Virus record (IMG/VR): IMGVR_UViG_3300044983_000295
Location: 1-29,089 of that record
DNA from: a virus
Lineage: Duplodnaviria; Caudoviricetes
DNA length: 29,089 nucleotides
Direction: 5' to 3' (one strand)
Below, in pieces: positions 17,901-25,129 of the stretch (position 1 is the first letter of the stretch; each line of letters begins with the position of its first letter). The notes below the pieces were generated by a model. It saw nothing but the letters and a program-made list of their open reading frames with translations. It did no database searches and was not told the origin of the DNA. The translations under genes and the position numbers were made by a program.

Positions 17901-19963
17901 GAAGGCAGATCCGATTCAATGAGGGTTATCCCTACCAGGTTTGTGTTGCCATCGGTTCCCAGTATGCGGACATTGGGTCCGACGGTGAGCGGCCGCACGT
18001 TCCCATTCAGTTCCAGAATGCCGCCCCTGGCGCGGAAATAATCAACCTGGAGGAAATTATCATAGAGATGCAGCGCGGGGCTGCCGGAGCTTTTGCCGAA
18101 AGACAAATAACTGTCTTCGTTGGTCTGATAAAGCTGAAGATTGTTTCCGTTTCCGCGTGTGCCACTGCCAATGTAAAGCCCATCGGCCTGGCCGGAAGCG
18201 CCCCCGATCGTGAGCCGCGACGGACCGGCTGCCGTGGGAGTTCCAAGCGTCAGGTTGCCTGTGCTCAAATCATAGAAGACATTCGTCGCAAAGCCCATTG
18301 CGCTCGAGCTGCTGGCATAGGGAATGAGTCCGGGTGTGTAAGGCCCGGTCTGACCGAAATGCAGATTGGTGCCGGACAGAACCATTCCGTTCCCCGCTCC
18401 CGCGCCGCCGCCGGCGCCAGTCTGCCAGCCCACAGAGGTACCGTTGAAACCCAGCACCTGGTTCGCTGCCGCGCCGTTCGTGGAGATCATGTTCGTCGAG
18501 ATCCGGCTGCTGGTCAGGATGCGGCTTCCGTCAGTCACGACAGGCAGCGATGGCGTGAGATTTGCGATTTGCAGGTCACCATTGGTCAAGGTGAGCACAT
18601 TGGGAGCGGACAGATAGACGCTCACGTCCGCGCTGTTGGTGCCAGTGCCGCCGAAATGGAGAAAGCCACTGTTTTGGATACGAAGATCACCAGCCAGGTC
18701 AACGGTATAGCTGGGAGTGAGTTCGCCACCCAAGCCGAGAAATCCCCATTTGGCCCAAACCGCCCGTGTTGTGTTGCCGCTACCAATCCGTAGTCGGTCT
18801 GAACTATCCATCCATATGAAGGATTGGTTGGTTTGCCCGCCAGCGGCATCCAGCCAATAGAGGTACCGATCGTTAGGGAAGGACATGATTGAACTGCCAG
18901 CCAGGCCCATATTGCGAACCCGGACCCCATTCGCATCAACGACCAGGCGATCGAGCGTGTAAGGATAAGTCGGCGCCGTCACCGCAAACGTGTCCGCGCT
19001 GAACCAGACATAAGGGCCTTGAGGACTCGCTGCGTTCGTATAGGGAACGAACACCTGCATCACGCGCCAGGTGATGTTCGTATCAGTGAAGCCAAAATCC
19101 AGGTTGTGCTCCATCTGATGGTAAGTGACCGCGTTAAGCTTGTTTTCGAAATCCAGCCGGATCCAACCATTGGTGTTCCCCGGGTAGCGTTGATAAGTGG
19201 TGGCTCGGTTCGTGGGATGCTGGTTGTAGGCAATGATGAGCATGTCATCGCGAACGCCCGTAAATGTGGCGCTCTTGACGCCGATACTGAATGGCTCGGC
19301 TTGGGACGGGAACAGGAGGTCTTTCTCAACGCCGAGCTTGGCCAGGCCGAAGCTGAGATCATAGAGGAAGTTTGTTGCGCCGCCAAAGACGGCCGCCCCG
19401 TTCCGGAACTGCATTTCAGTACTCAATCCGCCGGGATTGCCACCGGCGATCAATGTGCCCGGTTTCCATTTCTGCGTGCCGGCATCGAAGGCCAATGCCT
19501 GGCCGTCGACCGCTTCATGGACATTCAGGACGTCTGAAAGATTGGCGAGTGTGGCGCTGCTGGCGGGCGGTTGCTGATAAACGTAAGTCAGATTGTTGAC
19601 GGCCAGGTGCTGCAGGTTGTAGGTGCCGCCATCGTTCGGGACGGAGATGAGGATTGCGTTCTGGCCATCGGCCACGACGCGATAATTGCCCTGCTCGAGG
19701 TTTACGCTGAACACGCCGTTGGTGGCAGTAAGAGTGATTGTCCTGCGCGTGATCACCGCGCCGCCTTCGATCTGCGGATTGCTCAGCGGGAAAAAGGAGA
19801 TGATGGAAGTGTAGGGCGTCCCTTCCGGAGTGATGACCAGGCCGGAGATCGTTGCGGCCTGAACAAATGAAAATGGTAGGAAGAGTAATAGCGCGAGCAA
19901 CGGGAGCTGGCGGTCTCTCTTGATTGGCTGTGTGCCGCCCTGTGTGAAGAACGAATGCGCCAT
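14993..19963 (-). CDS. Giant fibre-like protein (~1650 aa) with N-terminal signal peptide; start uncertain (frame open to 20134)
   Basis: KRDRQLPLLALLLFLPFSFVQA-A, then a domain resembling the lambda Stf N-terminus, fibre motifs (LANLSDV..DGQALAFD..TQKWKP; PGGLSTEMQF; GNGAGLTNLNASNL..GTV..ARL), and a lectin-like C-terminus (WHQFRI...VFYIDG). Confidence 0.8.
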   Translation of the reverse strand: MAHSFFTQGGTQPIKRDRQLPLLALLLFLPFSFVQAATISGLVITPEGTPYTSIISFFPLSNPQIEGGAVITRRTITLTATNGVFSVNLEQGNYRVVADGQNAILISVPNDGGTYNLQHLAVNNLTYVYQQPPASSATLANLSDVLNVHEAVDGQALAFDAGTQKWKPGTLIAGGNPGGLSTEMQFRNGAAVFGGATNFLYDLSFGLAKLGVEKDLLFPSQAEPFSIGVKSATFTGVRDDMLIIAYNQHPTNRATTYQRYPGNTNGWIRLDFENKLNAVTYHQMEHNLDFGFTDTNITWRVMQVFVPYTNAASPQGPYVWFSADTFAVTAPTYPYTLDRLVVDANGVRVRNMGLAGSSIMSFPNDRYLYWLDAAGGQTNQSFIWMDSSDRLRIGSGNTTRAVWAKWGFLGLGGELTPSYTVDLAGDLRIQNSGFLHFGGTGTNSADVSVYLSAPNVLTLTNGDLQIANLTPSLPVVTDGSRILTSSRISTNMISTNGAAANQVLGFNGTSVGWQTGAGGGAGAGNGMVLSGTNLHFGQTGPYTPGLIPYASSSSAMGFATNVFYDLSTGNLTLGTPTAAGPSRLTIGGASGQADGLYIGSGTRGNGNNLQLYQTNEDSYLSFGKSSGSPALHLYDNFLQVDYFRARGGILELNGNVRPLTVGPNVRILGTDGNTNLVGITLIESDLPSITNRAKLPSAIAYEDEANIFSGVNALTNLGNTISGNGGGLTNLNGSNIASGTVPDARLSGNVSLLGPSISEGELALTDVTTANATTSAHGLMPKGDGNTNHFYNGANAQTGIPLTAIQTNGAGALQVICFNGTNWVVCNDQTGGAGSAFVDGASVSNPNFKSNSNLVYSVTEGTNITAVVTNVSSSQIVDGTIVDADVAASGITTRSKLPAAIAYEDEANTFSGINALTNLGNTISGNGAGLTNLNGSNIASGTVARARLPAEIAYEDEANTFSGINALTNLGNTISGNGAGLTNLNASNLASGTVARARLPAELAYEDEANTFSGIQTITNASQRLAWLDLGSGTNINYAASTRFYRLITETNITWTTSNETDGTVFRLMMELATNIYSTVWPTNWMWSETGTTNPPATTVAIGAISEIEVERRNGTNYARLVKDPNVPLRVNLPVGALVVSQGSGQPVAGSVTMQTNVVLGGGGADGIPEWRQIFDYDLNALGITTRSKLPSALAYEDEPNTFSLAQTFTGPVSFSPVHNTTTLNWSSGPSYDFSTNASFGITFSGSPVAGAFLDYFVTNTATTNIVVTNLSVQAYSMEDQSLVDGVTIPGNTNVTRLFWRYTGLYYQLSVQTKANATLKKIGTTGATDMAVNGQTGTSYTVLQTDKGDLVTLTNASAITVTLPQATNDFGSGFWVSFQNMGAGTATLTPTTSKIDGATTLALTQNQGVIVASDGTNYFTMRGAATATAAAAAPALSDYFITNKLEMVQATGTIVSQVGINSTSSGDLTVTQNATSQNVETATTPPNVQYDGATATNATGVAGIEGTLTKDFGRPYDLRVTLKISQTNTTRFFCGISTAVLGVVTNNNFAGDYAGFYIDPQFRRDTNWWVYSKDGTTTATNDTGVHLDANWHQFRILANSSSNVFYIDGTAVLTNSSNLPRSGQKGAWVVKVHNYTNTTARSIFINKLVYTSPTWP
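16925..17290 (-). repeat. Intragenic 153-bp (51-aa) tandem repeat; further dispersed copies near 17730-17895 and 16360-16410
   Basis: AYEDEANTFSGINALTNLGNTISGNGAGLTNLN(G/A)SN(I/L)ASGTVARARLPAE(I/L) twice plus a partial; five AYEDE(A/P)N motifs in total. Confidence 0.9.
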
Positions 19964-20154
19964 TCCGAAATGCCGCCGGGCGCGCAGGATCATCCGATGC
20001 CTGACCGCTTCCCGTGAGAAGTCAGTTTTGATCGGCGGATTTTCTTTGCGCAATTCGTGATTCATTTCAAGCAGCGGGACGGCGGCCCAATGCCTTAAGC
20101 CGCCGCCCGCGGTAACCGGCTCGCGCGGGACCAATCGCGGGGCCGGAAATTTCT

Positions 20155-20763
20155 CTATTGCGGTGCGGCTTTGTCGTAGTAGCCGGACGCACTATTGATT
20201 GCGGTGATGGTTGTGTTGCCGAATGTGAGCAGGCGCATCGGTTGTCGCAGCGGAGCGGCGAAGATGCATATGCCGTCCTTTCTCACTGTGGCCGCGCTGA
20301 CCAGGTTCGTGTGCAGGATGGCCATCCGATAGATCTTGTCCCCGGCTGCCAGGGCAGTGCCGAGCTGGCCGGTGAGGTTGATCGTGGTGCCGTTCGTCGA
20401 GTGACACGTCGCGCTGAACACCGTGTTGTCAGCTTTCTGGAATACGACGGTATCGTTCGCGACGATGTAACTGTTGCCAATGACGACGCAGTTCGTGGCC
20501 GAGCTCGATGCTGTGGCGTTGATCGTCGCGCCATACGTGCCCGCCTGCAGCTTGAGTATAGCGCCGGCGGTGTCATTGGTGACGTCGTAGGAAGTCAACC
20601 GGAAGATGGCATCCGTGTTTGCCGGGAAGATCACCTCGGCATTCGTCGCGCCATTGGCGCGCAACGACACGAAACCATAATTCAAGTTGAGCGTTTGGGC
20701 CTGAAGGCTGAAGGCCGAAGCGGCCAGAGCCAGCAGCGTGAGTAGTTTGTTTTTCGTAATCAT
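20155..20763 (-). CDS. Predicted exported beta-rich protein (202 aa) in the capsid-decoration gene position
   Basis: MITKNKLLTLLALAASAFSLQA-Q is a classic Sec/SPI signal; starts 38 bp after the capsid stop. Confidence 0.75.
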   Translation of the reverse strand: MITKNKLLTLLALAASAFSLQAQTLNLNYGFVSLRANGATNAEVIFPANTDAIFRLTSYDVTNDTAGAILKLQAGTYGATINATASSSATNCVVIGNSYIVANDTVVFQKADNTVFSATCHSTNGTTINLTGQLGTALAAGDKIYRMAILHTNLVSAATVRKDGICIFAAPLRQPMRLLTFGNTTITAINSASGYYDKAAPQ

Positions 20764-20766
20764 AAT

Positions 20767-20800
20767 GTTCTTTGCGTTCTTTGCGTTCTTTGCGGTTAAA
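20767..20800. repeat. Three tandem 9-bp units (gttctttgc)x3 followed by ggttaaa
   Basis: Fills nearly the entire spacer between the capsid gene and the next gene. Confidence 0.85.
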
Positions 20801-20801
20801 C

Positions 20802-22070
20802 TCAGGCTGCCGCTGTGATGAGCGATGCCGTCACGTCCACCTGGGCGTAATCGAAATCGATCTCCTCGATGAACCGGGTGGCGAGTTCGTCTGTGGCGAA
20901 ATAGACATCCGCACTGAAGTCCATCCGCGGTTGGCCATGCTCGCCGAACCACCAGAAGTCCATCGCGCCGAAGATCATTACCGTCTTGTCCGCGGCCGCG
21001 TCCGTGGTGAATACCTGCAGGACATCCGTCCAGATTACCGGGTAACCATCCAGGACAGCGGAGCCGTCCGGATTACGCCGATAGAAGTTCGGTTCGGATT
21101 GGGTGTTCTGATCTCCGAGCCGTGTTTCCCAGGTGCTGTCGAGGTAATAGGCCGAGCGCGCGGCGCTGAGGGCGGCTTTGTTTACCTTGGTGCGCAGAGC
21201 GCGAATGTCTGCCTTGGTGACGTCGCCAGGCGAAGTCTTGCCAGCAGCCAGGACGCGAGTCTTGGTGTTGTCGCGGGCGATCTTGTCCACGCCCTTGACG
21301 CTTTCGTAGGTGGCCGTGCCATCGGCGAGGAATCCCCAGGTGTCTTCGGCCCGGGCGAATTCCGTCGCGCCGTAACGAGCCAGGAACTGGCCCATGGGCA
21401 CGATGCTTTGTTCGTCGATCTCGCGCGGGACACGCACGATGCCGCCCAGCTTATGCGACTCGAGCGAGGCGAAATCGATCTGAGGCGAGAGTTCACCGAA
21501 TGCGACTGCCATGGCGATGCTGCCGAATGTCGGGCGTGTCTTGAACCGGGGCGGCTTGGCTGTGCCCATCCCGATCGGGAACGGGAACATGACCCGCCGC
21601 ACGACGCCGAACTCGCTGATCAAACTGCGGATCTCAGCGAAGTATTCGGTCGGGAGCGGGATATCCGTCGTGGTGAGTGTGGCTTTCTGTTCGATGCCAA
21701 GGATGCTCTTGGATTTGTCGAACAGTTTGGCGCGCACGCCGGCATCGAGCTGCTCGAGGCGGCCGCTGCGGGCGTTACCCTGGATGAATGCCGCCGCGAT
21801 GAATTCAGCGCATTCAACGCTGACGAAGCCGGGCCGGCGGATGCTGGCGCTCTGACTGCGGCGCTGCGGGAACGCGCGGCGCAACCCGTCGATTTCCTGT
21901 TGTGCTTTGGCCAGGGCATCGGCGTCTTTTTTGCGCTCATCCTCGCGGGCCTTCTCTTTGTCTTCGATCGCCTTCAGGCGATTGGCCTGGTCATCCTGTT
22001 TCTTGTTGATGCCATCGATGCCGCTCTTGATGTCTGTCAGAGCGGTTTTTAGTTCGGCAGTGTCTAGCAT
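20802..22070 (-). CDS. Major capsid protein, HK97 fold, with N-terminal coiled-coil delta domain (422 aa)
   Basis: RBS AAAGGAAAC-ATG; coiled-coil N-terminus; LPTEYFAEI, HKLGGIVRVPREIDEQS, FARAEDTWGFLADG, LDGYPV, MIFG motifs. Confidence 0.93.
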   Translation of the reverse strand: MLDTAELKTALTDIKSGIDGINKKQDDQANRLKAIEDKEKAREDERKKDADALAKAQQEIDGLRRAFPQRRSQSASIRRPGFVSVECAEFIAAAFIQGNARSGRLEQLDAGVRAKLFDKSKSILGIEQKATLTTTDIPLPTEYFAEIRSLISEFGVVRRVMFPFPIGMGTAKPPRFKTRPTFGSIAMAVAFGELSPQIDFASLESHKLGGIVRVPREIDEQSIVPMGQFLARYGATEFARAEDTWGFLADGTATYESVKGVDKIARDNTKTRVLAAGKTSPGDVTKADIRALRTKVNKAALSAARSAYYLDSTWETRLGDQNTQSEPNFYRRNPDGSAVLDGYPVIWTDVLQVFTTDAAADKTVMIFGAMDFWWFGEHGQPRMDFSADVYFATDELATRFIEEIDFDYAQVDVTASLITAAA

Positions 22071-22083
22071 GTTTCCTTTGGGG

Positions 22084-22806
22084 TTATGGGCGGTGCAGGG
22101 CCGCCCGGATTTGCTGCAGCAACAGATGCGCGCCATCGAATCCAATCCCCCGCGCGCGGGAGTCGGGAAAGGATTCTGCCAGGTCGTTGCAAAGGTATTT
22201 CAGGAAGGCTGTCAACTCGGTCACTTCGGCCTTATTGATCACGCCGGTCTTGATCGCGAGCGGGATGGTCGCGCTCGGGTTCGCCGGCACTGACACCAGG
22301 CTGATCTCGATCAGTTCCTGTTTTTTGTAGGTGCGATACGGTTCGCCGGCCGATTCATTGCCGCGCACCCATTCAATGGGAATGAACCCGACACTTTCGC
22401 TACGGATGAAACCGCCGAGGGCCAGCTTGTAGGCGAGGGCGCCGAGCGGGTTATCGGTGGCGAACCGAACGCGGTTAACGAGTTGATCGCCACGGACAGC
22501 GACCTCGAGTGACTTGCCCAGGATCCGCGCGACACTCGAGTAATCGTGTGAATCCATCACGACTGGGTTCTTCTTGTAGTTGTCCAGTTGCCAGCCGCCG
22601 AGTTCGATGACTTCGTTGTAGCGATCGATGGACTGATCGCTGGCGATGAAATCGAGGATTGGCTCATCAATCGATCCGCCTTCAGGCGGTGGTTGGCGGA
22701 TTATGCAGTTGATCTGCCGTCGGACCCCAAGTCCGCCATTTCGTAGCGGAGTGACCCCGGGGAGAGCTTCCAGAGTGTCTTGTATTTTAGCGCCAGTGTT
22801 TTGCAT
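22084..22806 (-). CDS. Prohead maturation protease, HK97 family
   Basis: FIASDQSIDRYNEVI...NPVVMDSHD...ILGK...SVGFIP...ELIEISLVSVPANP. Confidence 0.9.
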   Translation of the reverse strand: MQNTGAKIQDTLEALPGVTPLRNGGLGVRRQINCIIRQPPPEGGSIDEPILDFIASDQSIDRYNEVIELGGWQLDNYKKNPVVMDSHDYSSVARILGKSLEVAVRGDQLVNRVRFATDNPLGALAYKLALGGFIRSESVGFIPIEWVRGNESAGEPYRTYKKQELIEISLVSVPANPSATIPLAIKTGVINKAEVTELTAFLKYLCNDLAESFPDSRARGIGFDGAHLLLQQIRAALHRP

Positions 22807-22816
22807 TTTTGTCTTT

Positions 22817-25129
22817 CTAGGCTTCGGCCCCGGAGTTGCCTCCTGAACCTTCCGATGCGCCATAAGTCAAATGCGCGCGTTTGCCGGCCCATTCTTCGAA
22901 CGTCAAAAACCGGGTAGCACAGTCCGTCCCGGCTGTGACTCGCATCCCGACTAATTCCCCAGAGGGATGGGGTGCATCCTCCAGGATGGCGTAGGTAAAA
23001 CAGCGGCAGTTGATGATGTTCCCGGCGCTGCCGTTCGGATCCCCGGGATATTGGAGGGCTTCGCCGTCCACGATGAACGCTTCATTGACCGGGATCCCCT
23101 TGGTGTAATCCTTCTCGGCCTGGATATGGGCAGGGCGCGTATTCTCCAGGTGCGATGTGCGCCAGCCTTTCTTCGGAACCCCCGCGGCCTGCATCCCTCC
23201 ATGACGCCCGCCGTTGACTGCCATGTTCGTTTCCGTGATGGCGATTGTCTGGGCCCGCGAATCGGTGGCGGTCTTGAACACGTCCTTGACGCGATCGATC
23301 AGGTCATCCATGGGCTCACCGGCTTTCAGACCATCGGCCAACGAATTCTTGAGCTGATCAAACGTCGTTTGGTTGATGTCCTTAATCTGGTTCTCGCGTT
23401 GTTGGATGTAATGAATCCCGCGCGCGGGCGGGATGGCGAAATCATCGATGCCAACTTCCTTGCCGATCTGCGCGACGCCGAAATCGAAATCCCCGCGGAT
23501 CAGAGGGGCAAGCTTTTGCCAGAGGACTTTGTTTTCCTGGGCGAGATTGATGATGTCTTCCAAGACACGGATTTCACCGATTGGCACGGATTCAGTTTTG
23601 TTCCGTGAGAATCCGTGTAATCCGTGTCCTTCCTTCGAGCCGTAAAGCTCTTTCAGTTTCTCGATGACGCGGCCGCGTTGATCCCACCAGAACCGGCGCA
23701 GCCTGCCTTCCTTCAACCGCACGCTGCCGGCCTGGGCCGCTTCGTATGCCTGCGAGCTGGGGCCGGCGCAGATGTGCGGTTCTTTGAATTTACGCAGCAA
23801 CCGCCCCAGGATCTTTGCCGGCTGATTCTCATCCACCGGCGCCGGCAGCGGCGCCGCAGCCGGCTCGGGCGCCCCGAGCTCCTGGAGGCTGAATGGGAGA
23901 AAGCTCTTTCCGGCATGGGGTAAATCCCCTGGCAAGCCCAGATCAAACACCTGGTTGCAGACATCAATGGGGACCCCAATCCCAAACGCAGATACGGCGC
24001 CGGTGTACCGATCGCGCCGCGCCTTTTGCATGATTGGCAGCGCTTCGGGATCGAACCAACCCCACAGATCCGGCCCGAACTTCTTCACAATCGGATCCAT
24101 GGAAACTTCCAATCGTTCGCCCAAGGGTATGACACGCCCCTCGATGAAATTCAGTCGGGCGGCATCGGCCACGCTGCGGTTGGCGTCTTCGGTGTAACCG
24201 AGAATTTCCTGCGGGACACGATAGACGGCGCAGATCTCCTGCCGGCTGAACTTCCTATTTTCCAGGAACTGCAGGTCCGCATTCGTGACTGCCGGTTTCT
24301 CGACCTTGAGTCCGCCTTCCAGGATGAGGGGTTTATCCGCGCGACCGGCCATGCGTTTGCGATTGCGTAAAGCGGCCTCGATCTGTTCGCGTTGATCGCC
24401 CACAAGCTTTTGCTCCGTGCTTACTACCATGCCCTGGTCGGCATTATTCATCATGAGCCCTTTCATGAACTGCGCGGCGGCATAATCCGTCTGCGCGGCG
24501 AGCAACGCGACGAACAGCGGGTTTTGCCCCTCCCAGAAATCCGCGATGCCAGGGAGCCGGATATAGATCAGTTCGTCCGGAATGAACTCGTAAGAATAGA
24601 ACGGTTCGTCGTACCCGGCTGTGTAAGTCCAGGAGATGAGGAAACCGGCTTCGCAATTCTTCCGAAAATGATCCGGGGACAGAACCAGGAGTTGATAGGG
24701 CTTTTGTTTGTCGGTCCAATTGATGACGCGATTGCCTTTGTCCAGGCCAACGATGAAACAACGCCCGCGCAACAGCAGCCAGGACACGATGTATTCCCAG
24801 AAATCGTATCGGTTCAGGTCCGGATGCGGCCGCTCGAACAGGCTGACCAGGTCGCCCGTCTCGATGATATCTTCCCCGCCGCGTTCGCCCTGGCTGAATC
24901 GGAAGGGCATGTTCGCCAGGTTCTCGGCGATCGCCGTGACGCAGGAATAAATCCAAACACTCTGGCGCTCTGCGCAGGCCATGGACAATTCGCCGGAGCT
25001 GTAACCCGAATCGCCACGCAGCCAGGCGGCCGGTGAGATCGAGCGGCGCGCGGAGATCTCCGCGATCACCTGCTCGGCGATGGGCGCCAGGTTCGGTTGT
25101 TTCATTCCCCATGGGGCGATCGTGGTCAT
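22817..25129 (-). CDS. Portal protein (HK97-type) fused to Mu gpF/SPP1 gp7-like minor head domain
   Basis: WIYSCVTAIAENLANMPF, LFERPHP..NRYDF, ILEGGLK, DLQFLENRKFSRQEICAVYRVP; C-terminal RAQTIAITET...KKGW...TRPAH...YPGDP..SAGNIINCRC; ATGA overlap with terminase. Confidence 0.9.
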   Translation of the reverse strand: MTTIAPWGMKQPNLAPIAEQVIAEISARRSISPAAWLRGDSGYSSGELSMACAERQSVWIYSCVTAIAENLANMPFRFSQGERGGEDIIETGDLVSLFERPHPDLNRYDFWEYIVSWLLLRGRCFIVGLDKGNRVINWTDKQKPYQLLVLSPDHFRKNCEAGFLISWTYTAGYDEPFYSYEFIPDELIYIRLPGIADFWEGQNPLFVALLAAQTDYAAAQFMKGLMMNNADQGMVVSTEQKLVGDQREQIEAALRNRKRMAGRADKPLILEGGLKVEKPAVTNADLQFLENRKFSRQEICAVYRVPQEILGYTEDANRSVADAARLNFIEGRVIPLGERLEVSMDPIVKKFGPDLWGWFDPEALPIMQKARRDRYTGAVSAFGIGVPIDVCNQVFDLGLPGDLPHAGKSFLPFSLQELGAPEPAAAPLPAPVDENQPAKILGRLLRKFKEPHICAGPSSQAYEAAQAGSVRLKEGRLRRFWWDQRGRVIEKLKELYGSKEGHGLHGFSRNKTESVPIGEIRVLEDIINLAQENKVLWQKLAPLIRGDFDFGVAQIGKEVGIDDFAIPPARGIHYIQQRENQIKDINQTTFDQLKNSLADGLKAGEPMDDLIDRVKDVFKTATDSRAQTIAITETNMAVNGGRHGGMQAAGVPKKGWRTSHLENTRPAHIQAEKDYTKGIPVNEAFIVDGEALQYPGDPNGSAGNIINCRCFTYAILEDAPHPSGELVGMRVTAGTDCATRFLTFEEWAGKRAHLTYGASEGSGGNSGAEA
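23563..23628. repeat. CACGGAT-family hairpin (copy 4), in-frame inside the portal-gpF CDS
   Basis: agacacggatttcaccgattggcacgga / tccgtgagaatccgtgtaatccgtgtc; 66 bp; encodes approximately GHGLHGFSRNKTESVPIGEIRV. Confidence 0.85.
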
